In this document: one piece after another, positions 20,219 to 29,419 of the stretch | How the letters are laid out: each line of letters opens with the position of its first letter | Numbering within the stretch: position 1 is the first letter of the stretch | Sequence record: DRR378314_135 | DNA length: 64,000 nt | Reading direction: 5' to 3' (one strand) | Position numbers and translations under genes: made by a program | Notes under the pieces: generated by a model | Seen by the model: only the letters and a program-made list of their open reading frames with translations | Databases searched by the model: none | Told to the model about the DNA's origin: nothing

Positions 20219-20458
20219 GTCTCTACCCTATGTCCTGTTGCGGATCAGATTGTCGGGAACCACACATCATTTCAAATACAAATCATCCGCTCACCGATCA
20301 CAGGAGATGATAGAGCCGACGCAGTGCCGCTTGCATCAAATCCGGGCGCTTCATGACATCCGCCGCGCTCCTGGCTCCTGGCCTGCCGGGCACTTCCATC
20401 GCGCGCTTTCTCACATGGGGTCAGGCCAGCTTGACGCACCGCAGGCAAGCCGCAGACC

Positions 20459-21385
20459 CTAGCGCCCTTTTATGGCAATGGTGAACCGGGTCCGCGCACC
20501 TGCGGGGGGCGGCGGAAACGGGCCCGCCCGTCGTATTTGCTGCACTGCCAGCCGGTCCAGCTCTGCAGATCCGGAACTCTTTGCCACCCGCACCGTGGTC
20601 AACTGCCCTCCGGCCCCGATGGCAAAGGCAATATGCGCCACCCCGCGCGCCGAGGTTTGTGGTTTCCGCTGACGCGAAATCTTGCGCATGACTTGGCCCG
20701 GATAATTGGATGCAGCCGCATTGCCAGCATCCGTCGACTTGCCCGCGCGCGCACTGCTTGCCCGGGCGGCGCGCTGATCTTCCGCCCCGCTTTCGGTTCC
20801 CGCCCGTGCGTTGGTGGCACTGTTCCCACGAGGCGCTGCCGTCGCCGGTTTCACAACAGGCTTTTCAGGCTGTTTGGTCGCCTCCACAGGGGGCCGCGTC
20901 GGGCGCTCGGGGGGGCGCGGACCACTATCGGGCGCAAGGTCTGACTGCGGGACCGCAGCAACCTTCGTCACCGGCACGGACGCCACCACAGAAACCGCAT
21001 CGGTGGGGGAAACTGACGTGGATGCAGGAGCCGAGAGTGTAGGCTGTTCGACGGGTGCGACCGCTTGCACTGACGCTTCGGGAACAGGCGTCACTGCGGT
21101 CACGCCCTGTGCAGGCGACGTCGGCGCGACTGTCGGTTGCGATGTGGTTTGCGTCGGCGGCACCGGCTCTGTGACCTGCTGGGTGTCAGGCAACGTCTCT
21201 GCCTCCACCGGCGATGCGCGGCCCTGCACGAGGTCGGCGAAACTGCTGCCCAATGCCGCTGGCGCGATGCTGCCACCACCCTCAATCTCGACAGAGGCCG
21301 CCCCCATATCCACAAGGAACGCCGCATGCGCCGCGAGCGCCACACAGACCGAAAGGCTCGCAATGAGTGGTGACCGAGGGATCAT
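20459..21385 (-). CDS. tonB: Energy transducer TonB
   Basis: N-terminal TM with S-x6-H (SVCVALAAH), Pro/Thr-rich linker, C-terminal domain with SSG...LD. Confidence 0.88.
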   Translation of the reverse strand: MIPRSPLIASLSVCVALAAHAAFLVDMGAASVEIEGGGSIAPAALGSSFADLVQGRASPVEAETLPDTQQVTEPVPPTQTTSQPTVAPTSPAQGVTAVTPVPEASVQAVAPVEQPTLSAPASTSVSPTDAVSVVASVPVTKVAAVPQSDLAPDSGPRPPERPTRPPVEATKQPEKPVVKPATAAPRGNSATNARAGTESGAEDQRAARASSARAGKSTDAGNAAASNYPGQVMRKISRQRKPQTSARGVAHIAFAIGAGGQLTTVRVAKSSGSAELDRLAVQQIRRAGPFPPPPAGARTRFTIAIKGR

Positions 21386-21777
21386 GGCATATTCCGTTCC
21401 GACAACAGCGAAATGCGGGAGGCGCCCAGCGCGCGCAGCTCCTTGGCGACACGCAACAGCTGCGCGGCAGGCAGGGCACGATCCGGAACAAGTCGCGCCA
21501 CAAAGTTCTCCTGCTCTTCCCACACGATGCGCACATAGGCCTCGGGCGAGGTCAGTTCCGCACCCCGAAAACTCAGACTGCCATCGGCGCGTATTACCAG
21601 TGCATCTGGTGGTGGGCTGGCCTCCAGGTCAGAGGCTTCGACCAGACGCACGGCCGGATCCATCGATGGCGCAAGCGAGCCCGCAACCATGAAGAATACA
21701 AGCATCAGGAACACCACATTGATCAGAGCAATGGTCGGTTCACGATGGCTTTTGTTTGCGCGACGGCGTGACAACAT
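21382..21777 (-). CDS. exbD: Biopolymer transport protein ExbD
   Basis: TIALINVVFLMLVFFMV TM segment, ExbD-like periplasmic domain. Confidence 0.88.
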   Translation of the reverse strand: MLSRRRANKSHREPTIALINVVFLMLVFFMVAGSLAPSMDPAVRLVEASDLEASPPPDALVIRADGSLSFRGAELTSPEAYVRIVWEEQENFVARLVPDRALPAAQLLRVAKELRALGASRISLLSERNMP

Positions 21778-21781
21778 GGCC

Positions 21782-22174
21782 CTACCCCAGCACCGTCACG
21801 GCCAGCTTCGGCTGCTGACGCAGAACCGCCAGCACATCGACCAACCGCTGAGAGGTCACCGTGCCAGCCAGACTGACCAGCACTTGGGTTTCTTCGGCGT
21901 CACGGTCTGACCTGAGAGAAACCAACCGCGCCTCTATCGCGTCAACCGCCACCACCTCACCGTTGAGGGAAATCTGGTCTGGCGTGAGCCTGAGAAACAA
22001 CGAGCGTGTCTCGCCCGATGTGCCCTGCCCGGCCTCCGCTGCCATCAGGTCAACGGTGCCGAACCGGGAAAATGTCGACGACAGCATAAAGAACAGCAGC
22101 AATAGAAAAATCACGTCGATCAGCGAGGTCATCGACAACCGCCGCGCATGCCGTTTGCTCAGTCGCAGTGCCAT
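21782..22174 (-). CDS. exbD: Biopolymer transport protein ExbD
   Basis: MTSLIDVIFLLLLFFML with the conserved Asp. Confidence 0.9.
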   Translation of the reverse strand: MALRLSKRHARRLSMTSLIDVIFLLLLFFMLSSTFSRFGTVDLMAAEAGQGTSGETRSLFLRLTPDQISLNGEVVAVDAIEARLVSLRSDRDAEETQVLVSLAGTVTSQRLVDVLAVLRQQPKLAVTVLG

Positions 22175-22854
22175 CAGGCCGCCTCGCGCGGGGTGTGCTG
22201 TGCCACGCAGTCTGCATCCGGGGCGAAGGCCTGCCGCAGCGCCGTGTTGGCAAAGACGCGGTCCCGTTCAACCGCGCCGCTGAGCCAGCCGTGGACAGCC
22301 GCCACCGGCATCGCAACCGCAAGCCCCGCCGCAGTGGTCAGCAGTGCGACCCAGATGCCGCCAGCAAGTACAGTGGGATCCACCGAGGTTCCCGCAGATT
22401 GCAGCCCCTGAAACGCCTCGATCATGCCCAGCACCGTGCCAAACAGGCCAATGAGGGGCGCGAGCTGTGCGACCATATCGAGAAAGCCCAGTCCGGTCTC
22501 AAGCCGCAGAAACAGCGCTTCGGCCTCTGCATCGCAGCGATCAGATACCGCAGAGGCATCATCAGCCGTAGCTCCACGCAACGCCCGTTTCACCGGCGCG
22601 ACAAGGTAGCTTCGCGAGTCTGACAAGAGTGCCTCCGCAGTTTTGCAGTCGCCACGCTCATAGGCCGCGAGAGCCAATTTGACGCGACGATGCCGCCCCA
22701 CACCTGCGCGGCGGAACTGCCAGAATTTATAAAGCACCGTCGCCGCACTCACCACGGACAGGGCCAACAGCAGGACAACCACGGGCCCACCGATCGCGAC
22801 CACCTCCGCGAGCGACCACAGCAGGCCAGACCAGACATCAGACAGCTGCATCAT
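22174..22854 (-). CDS. exbB: MotA/TolQ/ExbB proton channel
   Basis: APLIGLFGTVLGMIEAF, LAGGIWVALLTTAAGLAVA. Confidence 0.93.
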   Translation of the reverse strand: MMQLSDVWSGLLWSLAEVVAIGGPVVVLLLALSVVSAATVLYKFWQFRRAGVGRHRRVKLALAAYERGDCKTAEALLSDSRSYLVAPVKRALRGATADDASAVSDRCDAEAEALFLRLETGLGFLDMVAQLAPLIGLFGTVLGMIEAFQGLQSAGTSVDPTVLAGGIWVALLTTAAGLAVAMPVAAVHGWLSGAVERDRVFANTALRQAFAPDADCVAQHTPREAA

Positions 22855-23297
22855 CCCAGAAGCTCCACGTCGGTGCGGCTTTTGAGGCCCAAGCCCTTTT
22901 CGCAGACCGTATTGCCGCCATCCGCGATGCAACTGCTGGCACCATTGATCAGAACCCGGCCCACATCGGCGCAGGCGATATCGGGCAGATCGAACTGCCG
23001 GACCCGCGGACGCCCCGCTGGCAGATCGCGAAAATCAAACAGGGTGAAGGTCATCACCCCTCCGGACTGGTCGAAGAGGACGGTCTCGTAGACCGCCTCC
23101 TCGATATCCATGGCGTGGGTGTTCTGCGCGAGAAAGGACAAGCGACACGCGCTGCCTTGATCCTGAAGCGCGTTCAGTTCGATCTGAACACCCGACTGTG
23201 GCGGGGTATCCTCCGCCCCGGCTGCAGCTGCCCCCCCGAGGGAGGAAAGGACAGCTGCCGCAAGAGCAAAGGCATGGACCTGGCTCGGATTAGTCAT
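22851..23297 (-). CDS. Secreted four-Cys hypothetical protein of the heme-uptake locus
   Basis: Signal peptide, IELN...CRLSF, DFRDLPAGRPRVRQFDLP, 4 Cys; translationally coupled to exbB. Confidence 0.8.
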   Translation of the reverse strand: MTNPSQVHAFALAAAVLSSLGGAAAAGAEDTPPQSGVQIELNALQDQGSACRLSFLAQNTHAMDIEEAVYETVLFDQSGGVMTFTLFDFRDLPAGRPRVRQFDLPDIACADVGRVLINGASSCIADGGNTVCEKGLGLKSRTDVELLG

Positions 23298-23310
23298 GAC
23301 ATCTTCTCCT

Positions 23311-25302
23311 TTAGAAGGCTGCGGCCAGCGAGAGCTTGATATTGCGGCCAGACGCGGCACGGGTCGCCAGATGCGGCGTGTACTGCTTGTCAAAGATGTT
23401 CTCGACACCCAGACGCAGCTCCGCCTCTTTCAGGAACCCGGTGTCGATGGCGTAGGTGGCGCGCAGATTGTGGACCGCATAGCCGGGCGTGCTGCGGATG
23501 TCCTTGGTCAGCACTGCTTCCCACGACAGATCCAGCGTGTCGTTGAACTTCTTACCGACGGTGAGGCCAAGGCTGTTGGCGGGCATGCGGGTATAGTCGG
23601 CGGTGGTGCCGTCCACATAGGACCACTCACCACTGGACATATTCGCATTCATATCCACGTAGGCGCCGGAGCCATGACTGTAGGACGCCTCGATCTCCAC
23701 ACCCTCGGTGTTTACACGGTCAACGCTCGCGTAGTCGGTGCCCGACGTGTAGTCCCATAGCCGGGTCTGCCAGAGGTTCACCTTCGCCCGCAGCGTGTCG
23801 TCACCGCTGAATACCCCGACCTTGTCGTAGGAGGCGCCCAGTTCATAGGTCACGGCCTTCTCGCTCTGGGTCATATATGTTGCGTAGGTGGCATAGTCGA
23901 AATCATCGAGGATCGGCAGGCCGGCGGTATAAGCCACCGAGCCAAACACGGCAAAACCACTGTCAAAGGCGTAGCGCGCGGAGATCCCGCCCATCAGCTC
24001 GCTGTTGTCGAAGCTTTCGCCTGCGGTGACATAGCTGCCGTCCGAGCTGGACCTGATGTCCTGTGTTTCGTAGCGCATCGCCGGGGTCAGGCTGAACCCA
24101 TTGCCAAAGTCGATCTCGTCGATCGCAAACAGGGCAAACCGCTTGTCAGTACCGCCCGGCGCGGAGGATGCATCGAGACGTTCCTTGTGAATGATCTCCC
24201 CGCCTGCCCGCAGATTGTGCTCCGCACCAAAGGCATTGAACAGCGAGGTATTCTTCACGGTCAGCTTGGTGGTCTCATACCGGTGGTCCGCATTGAGCAA
24301 GGCGGAGCCGGTGCTGCCGACCTCATCCTGTTCGATATACTGATCAGCGTAGGACAGGGTCGCGGTCAGGTCGACCAGATCGTTACCCAGCGGGTTGTAG
24401 GCATATTGCAGGCTGGTTGTTGTGGTCTCGGTATAGCGGTCCACATTGCCAAACGGGATGCTGGCGAAGGCGTCATAGGGCACGTCCTTCTCATCCGAGG
24501 TCGTCTGCGAATGCGAGAACGTCAGCGACTGGTTGGCGTTGTCGCCAAAGCTGTACCGCCCCTTCACCAGATAGGATGGCAGCTCGTAGCCGGTGTTGGC
24601 CACTTCATTGCCGTCGCCATCGGTATAGTTGCCCTGCTCGCGGTAGGTGTAGTTCAGCAGGAATTCCAGGTTCTCGGTCGGCTGCCAGCCAAGAATAGTA
24701 GAGCTGACGCGGGTGTTGGCGTTGCCGTAATACTCAAACGTCTGCCGCCCGGACAGGCCGATCTCGCCCTCGGTCAGATCTGCGGCGTCGATGGTCTCCA
24801 GGTTCACCACCCCACCGATCACGCCCGAGCCATACTCGTAGGACCCCACGGTGCCGCGGATCACCGAAACCTCGCGGAACAGGGCCGGATCGGTATAGAG
24901 CTGGGTGCCGATGCGATAGAGTTCTTCGGACCCCATCGTCGCGCCATCAAGCTGGATCTGAACCTTTTGGTTCGACCCGTAGGTGCCATCGGCGCCATAG
25001 CCGCGAATGTTGATCCCCGCGCCGGTGGGCGTGCCAGCGTTCACCAGCGTCACGCCGGGAACGGAATCGATCAGCTCGGCAACACTTCCCGCCTGACGGT
25101 CCTGAATTTCCTCGGCGTTGATAACGGTTTCCGGCGTCGCGGTATCGGTTTGAACATCGCGCTTGTTGTTGCCAAGCACGAGCAGGCCGAGGAACCCGTC
25201 ACCGTCATCCAGATCCTGTGCCGCACTGACGGTTGCAGTCACGGCCAGCGCCATGCCTGATGCAGAGCACAGCAGTGCCCGGCGCATTTTATTGATTTTC
25301 AT
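23311..25302 (-). CDS. hmuR: TonB-dependent heme receptor HmuR
   Basis: Signal peptide, plug (PGV...NIRG, V.RG....YG..IGGVVN), barrel ENIFDKQY, C-terminal Phe; divergent from hmuSTUV. Confidence 0.85.
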   Translation of the reverse strand: MKINKMRRALLCSASGMALAVTATVSAAQDLDDGDGFLGLLVLGNNKRDVQTDTATPETVINAEEIQDRQAGSVAELIDSVPGVTLVNAGTPTGAGINIRGYGADGTYGSNQKVQIQLDGATMGSEELYRIGTQLYTDPALFREVSVIRGTVGSYEYGSGVIGGVVNLETIDAADLTEGEIGLSGRQTFEYYGNANTRVSSTILGWQPTENLEFLLNYTYREQGNYTDGDGNEVANTGYELPSYLVKGRYSFGDNANQSLTFSHSQTTSDEKDVPYDAFASIPFGNVDRYTETTTTSLQYAYNPLGNDLVDLTATLSYADQYIEQDEVGSTGSALLNADHRYETTKLTVKNTSLFNAFGAEHNLRAGGEIIHKERLDASSAPGGTDKRFALFAIDEIDFGNGFSLTPAMRYETQDIRSSSDGSYVTAGESFDNSELMGGISARYAFDSGFAVFGSVAYTAGLPILDDFDYATYATYMTQSEKAVTYELGASYDKVGVFSGDDTLRAKVNLWQTRLWDYTSGTDYASVDRVNTEGVEIEASYSHGSGAYVDMNANMSSGEWSYVDGTTADYTRMPANSLGLTVGKKFNDTLDLSWEAVLTKDIRSTPGYAVHNLRATYAIDTGFLKEAELRLGVENIFDKQYTPHLATRAASGRNIKLSLAAAF

Positions 25303-25430
25303 GTCGTCCCCATAGGTCTGATGCAAGTCGATACCGCATGCTCGCCTTGGGGCTGGCTTGGTGTCTGGCGCGTTGAGTGGCCCGATTATTCTCTGTCATC
25401 AAGCCTTCGCACTTGCGGCGCCTAATTTAA

Positions 25431-25447
25431 TTTATTAATTCTGTCAA
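25431..25447. promoter_or_regulatory. Possible Iron-Rhodo-box-like site TTTATTAATTCTGTCAA
   Basis: AT-rich hmuR/hmuS divergent region; centre and right arm match CTGAC-TRAWTYA-GTCAG, left arm is poor. Confidence 0.35.
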
Positions 25448-25556
25448 GAAATATCCCGATGCGCATATGACTCTCTCGCACCGGATGTCAGCCTGATCGC
25501 CCCATCCAATGGGCGCACGCCAGCAGTATCCCCAGACACAAGAATCGAGGACCCTG

Positions 25557-26612
25557 ATGGATCAGGACAGACCCACTTCGGCAGAAGACATCCGCACTCT
25601 GCGCGCCGAGAAAGCCTCTCTGCGCGCACGGGATTTCTGCGACACCTACGGCTTGGCAGAGGCGCAGCTTGTTGCGGCCTATACTGGCCACGGATCGACA
25701 CGACTGACGGCACATCCTGATGCGCTGATGCCACGCATCGAACGGCTGGGCGAAGTGATGGCGCTGACGCGGAACGCCTCCTGCGTGCATGAGCGCGTGG
25801 GCACCTATGGCAATTACAAAAGCGGCCCGCATGCGGCGATGATCCTGCAACCGGAGATCGACCTGCGGCTATTCCCATCCCATTGGGTCAGCGCCTTTGC
25901 CGTGGAGACAGAGACCGACGCGGGCGTAAGACGCTCGATCCAGGTCTTTGATGCGGCGGGCGATGCGGTGCACAAGATCCACCTGCGTGACACCTCAAAC
26001 CACGCGGCCTGGGCAGAAGTCATCGCCGAACTGGCCAATGGCGACAGCTCCGACACGCTGGAGGTCGCGCCCCGCAAGCCGGCCGAGACCCCGAAGGTCA
26101 ACCACGACAAACTGGACCTGCTGCGCAGCGAATGGTCCAAGATGACCGACACCCATCAGTTCCTGCGCCTGACCTCAAAGCTGAAGATGAACCGTCTGGG
26201 CGCCTATCGCCACGTCGGCGCGCCCTATGTTGATCGCCTCGACACCGGCGCCGTGGACGCGACCCTGCAGGCACTGGCGGGCAGCGGCACCGAGGTGATG
26301 CTGTTTGTCGGCAACCGCGGCTGCATCCAGATCCACGGCCGCGCAATCGAAACGCTGAAGGCGATGGGCCCGTGGCAAAACGTGATGGATCCGCGCTTCA
26401 ACCTGCATCTGCGGCTGGACCATATTGCCGAGGTCTATGCGGTCAGCAAACCGACCCAGCGCGGCCCCGCCCTGTCGCTGGAGGCCTTTGACGCCGAGGG
26501 AGGCATCATCCTGCAGATCTTTGGCCGCCGCACCGAAGAACTCGACAGCCGCCCGGCGTGGCAGGAAATCCTGTCCGCCCTGCCCCGCAGTCAGGAAGAG
26601 GAGCTGGTCTGA
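25557..26612 (+). CDS. hmuS: Heme-degrading/trafficking protein HmuS (HemS/ChuS)
   Basis: ALTRN..CVHE, IDLRLF..W, SIQVFD..GDAVHKI, W..MTDTHQF, FVGNRGCIQIH. Confidence 0.95.
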   Translation: MDQDRPTSAEDIRTLRAEKASLRARDFCDTYGLAEAQLVAAYTGHGSTRLTAHPDALMPRIERLGEVMALTRNASCVHERVGTYGNYKSGPHAAMILQPEIDLRLFPSHWVSAFAVETETDAGVRRSIQVFDAAGDAVHKIHLRDTSNHAAWAEVIAELANGDSSDTLEVAPRKPAETPKVNHDKLDLLRSEWSKMTDTHQFLRLTSKLKMNRLGAYRHVGAPYVDRLDTGAVDATLQALAGSGTEVMLFVGNRGCIQIHGRAIETLKAMGPWQNVMDPRFNLHLRLDHIAEVYAVSKPTQRGPALSLEAFDAEGGIILQIFGRRTEELDSRPAWQEILSALPRSQEEELV

Positions 26613-27460
26613 TGCGTCGTACGCTCCTCGCCGTCAGCCTGTCCGCCCTGCTCTGCTCTTCCCTCGCCGCACAGGCTGCGGATCGGGTGTTGTCCATCGG
26701 CGGCTCCGTCACTGAGATCATCTACGCGTTGGGCGCCGGTGACCGGCTGATCGCCCGGGACACCACCTCCACCTACCCAGAGGCCGCCAATGGCCTGCCG
26801 GACGTCGGCTACATCCGCGCCCTGTCGCCCGAAGGGGTGCTGTCGGTGGACCCGGATCTTATCATCTCAGAAGCTGGCGCTGGCCCGATGGAAACGCTGG
26901 AGGTGTTGACCCGTGCAGAAATTCCGTTTGTTGAAGTGCCCGATGGGTTTGATGGCGCGGGCATCCTCGCAAAGGTCGCAGCCGTTGGCACCGCGCTCGA
27001 GCTGGAAGAGGAAGCCGCCGATCTTGCCGAGGACCTGAGCACCGGGCTGGACGCGGTTGCCGCAAAGACCGCATCGCTGCCGGAATCAGAACGCAAACGC
27101 GTGTTGTTCATCCTTTCCACCCGCGGTGGGCGCATTATGGCCTCGGGCACGCATACCGCCGCTGATGGCATCATCCGGATGGCGGGTGGCGTCAATGCGC
27201 TGAGCGATTTCGAGGGCTACAAGCTGATGACCGATGAGGCCATATCCCGGGCAGCACCAGAGGTTATTCTGATGATGGATCGGGGCGGCGATCATGGTGC
27301 GCCCGATGCCGAATTGCTTGCCTTGCCTGCCATTGTCACCACCCCGGCGGCCAAGACCAAATCCGTTGTGCGGATGAATGGCCTCTATCTGCTAGGGTTC
27401 GGCCCACGCACAGCCGACGCCGCGATGGATCTCGCCCGCGCACTTTATGAGGGGTTGTGA
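26612..27460 (+). CDS. hmuT: Heme ABC transporter periplasmic protein HmuT
   Basis: GGSVTEI, D.TSTYP, VGYIRALS.EG (heme-ligand Tyr), LGFGPR. Confidence 0.93.
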   Translation: MRRTLLAVSLSALLCSSLAAQAADRVLSIGGSVTEIIYALGAGDRLIARDTTSTYPEAANGLPDVGYIRALSPEGVLSVDPDLIISEAGAGPMETLEVLTRAEIPFVEVPDGFDGAGILAKVAAVGTALELEEEAADLAEDLSTGLDAVAAKTASLPESERKRVLFILSTRGGRIMASGTHTAADGIIRMAGGVNALSDFEGYKLMTDEAISRAAPEVILMMDRGGDHGAPDAELLALPAIVTTPAAKTKSVVRMNGLYLLGFGPRTADAAMDLARALYEGL

Positions 27461-27463
27461 TCC

Positions 27464-28552
27464 ATGGTCGCGTTAAGTGAACCCAGCCCTCACAGCCTCA
27501 CAGACCAGGCGCGCCCCCTTGATCGCCGCATCCTGGCGCGACGGCTTAGCGTCCTTCTGGTTGGCCTGCTCGCCATCGCCATTGTGGTCAACCTCGCGCT
27601 GGGGGCTTCAGACATCTCGCTGTGGGGGGCGCTTGGTAAGCTTCTCTCGGGCGAGGAGCTGACGACACTGGAGCGCGTGGTCCTCTGGGACATTCGCCTG
27701 CCTCGGATCATCCTCTGCGTCTTGGTGGGCGCGGCGCTGGCGGTTTCGGGCGCGGTGATGCAGGGGTTGTTTCGCAACCCTCTGGCGGACCCCGGACTGG
27801 TGGGCGTCGGGGCCGGAGCGGGACTGGGGGCGATCATCTCCATCGTTCTGGGCGGGCTTTTGCCCGTTGGGCTGCAAAGCCTTTTTGGCAGCTATGTCAC
27901 GCCCATCGCAGCCTTTGTCGGTGGCTGGGGCAGCACTCTGGTCCTGTACAGAGTGTCCACCAGAGGCGGGCGCACTTCGGTTGCGACCATGTTGCTGGCT
28001 GGGATTGCCCTTGGGGCACTGGCTGGCGCAGTTTCGGGTATCCTTGTCTACATGGCGGACGATCAGCAACTGCGTGACCTGACATTCTGGTCAATGGGGT
28101 CGCTGGCGGGCGCGACATGGGAAAAATCCATGATCGCCGGTCCCGTGATCCTGCTGGCCATCGCGGGCTCTACCTGGCTGGCGCATGGTTTGAACTGCCT
28201 TGCACTGGGAGAAGCGGCGGCAGCGCATATGGGGATACCAGTCCAGCGCATGAAGAATGCTGCCATATTCTCGGTGGCGGCGGCCACGGGTGTGGCGGTT
28301 GCTGCGACCGGAGGCATTGGCTTTGTCGGCATCGTGGTGCCGCATGTGCTGCGCCTGGCGACAGGGCCGGATCACGGTACATTGCTCCCGAATGCAGCAC
28401 TGCTGGGCGGAGCACTGCTGTTGGGTGCAGACCTGATCAGCCGCACAATCATCGCGCCGGCGGAACTGCCCATCGGCATTGTCACGGCCGTCCTAGGGGC
28501 GCCGGTCTTCTTGTGGATCCTGCTAAAGCGTCGCGGGTTGGTGGATCAATGA
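27464..28552 (+). CDS. hmuU: Heme ABC transporter permease HmuU
   Basis: IRLPR, QGLFRNPLADPG, IGFVGIVVPH, ELPIGIVTA. Confidence 0.93.
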   Translation: MVALSEPSPHSLTDQARPLDRRILARRLSVLLVGLLAIAIVVNLALGASDISLWGALGKLLSGEELTTLERVVLWDIRLPRIILCVLVGAALAVSGAVMQGLFRNPLADPGLVGVGAGAGLGAIISIVLGGLLPVGLQSLFGSYVTPIAAFVGGWGSTLVLYRVSTRGGRTSVATMLLAGIALGALAGAVSGILVYMADDQQLRDLTFWSMGSLAGATWEKSMIAGPVILLAIAGSTWLAHGLNCLALGEAAAAHMGIPVQRMKNAAIFSVAAATGVAVAATGGIGFVGIVVPHVLRLATGPDHGTLLPNAALLGGALLLGADLISRTIIAPAELPIGIVTAVLGAPVFLWILLKRRGLVDQ

Positions 28553-29331
28553 CCATGCACGCAGATCACATCAGCCTGACCATCGGCAAGAAGCAGATCC
28601 TCAACGACGTGTGCTTCGCCGCGCGCCCCGGAGAGGTCTCTGCCATCGTCGGCCCAAACGGATCCGGCAAGTCCACCCTGCTGAAAGCCATGGTGGGAGA
28701 ATTGCCCTGCGATGGCGACCTCACCCTGAACGGGCGCAGTTTGCAGGGCTATAAACCCTGGGAGCTGTCAAGCCTACGTGGCGTACTGCCACAAGCAACC
28801 ACGCTGGCCTTTCCTTTTACCGTTCTGGAGGTTGTGCGCCTCGGCCTTGCCGCCGGGATCGACGCCAACCACCCTGATCGCCCGTTTGAAGCGCTCGCCC
28901 GTGTGGACCTCGGCGGCTATGCCGGGCGTCTCTATCAGGAGCTTTCCGGCGGAGAGCAGCAACGCGTTCAGCTTGCCCGCGTCCTGGCGCAAGTTGGCCA
29001 ACCCCGGCGTGATGGTCATCCGTGCTGGCTGTTTCTCGACGAACCGGTCTCCAGTCTGGATATCGCACATCAGCTGACGGTGATGGATCTGGCGCGGGAG
29101 TTTGCGCAGGGTGGAGGCGGGGTGATTGCAGTGATGCACGACCTCAACCTGACCGCAATGTATGCCGACCATGTGCATGTCATGGCCTCAGGACACACTG
29201 CAGGTGCTGGCCCGGCTGCCGAGGTGCTCACCGACGCGAGGCTGTCGGATGTTTACGGCTGCCCCCTGCGCACCGGGATCGTGCCGCCAGATGTGGGCGT
29301 ATTTGTCCTGCCACAAACCGCAAGAACATGA
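28549..29331 (+). CDS. hmuV: Heme ABC transporter ATPase HmuV
   Basis: GPNGSGKST, LSGGEQQRVQLARVLAQ, LFLDEP, HDLN; ATG at 28549 overlaps the hmuU stop. Confidence 0.93.
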   Translation: MTMHADHISLTIGKKQILNDVCFAARPGEVSAIVGPNGSGKSTLLKAMVGELPCDGDLTLNGRSLQGYKPWELSSLRGVLPQATTLAFPFTVLEVVRLGLAAGIDANHPDRPFEALARVDLGGYAGRLYQELSGGEQQRVQLARVLAQVGQPRRDGHPCWLFLDEPVSSLDIAHQLTVMDLAREFAQGGGGVIAVMHDLNLTAMYADHVHVMASGHTAGAGPAAEVLTDARLSDVYGCPLRTGIVPPDVGVFVLPQTART

Positions 29332-29419
29332 TCTGAACGCCCTGACACCGATGCCAAAGGCTCGCGCTTCACCACAGCCGGCCTTTGGTTTTTCGAAGCC
29401 CCAAGACCGCGCACCGCAA

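Noticed and set aside
20459-21385. Low-complexity Pro/Thr/Val/Ala stretch as a repeat element
   Set aside because: Normal TonB periplasmic linker.
25303-25556. hemP/hmuP small regulator expected between hmuR and hmuS
   Set aside because: I found no ORF with the KLILTK-type HemP motif.
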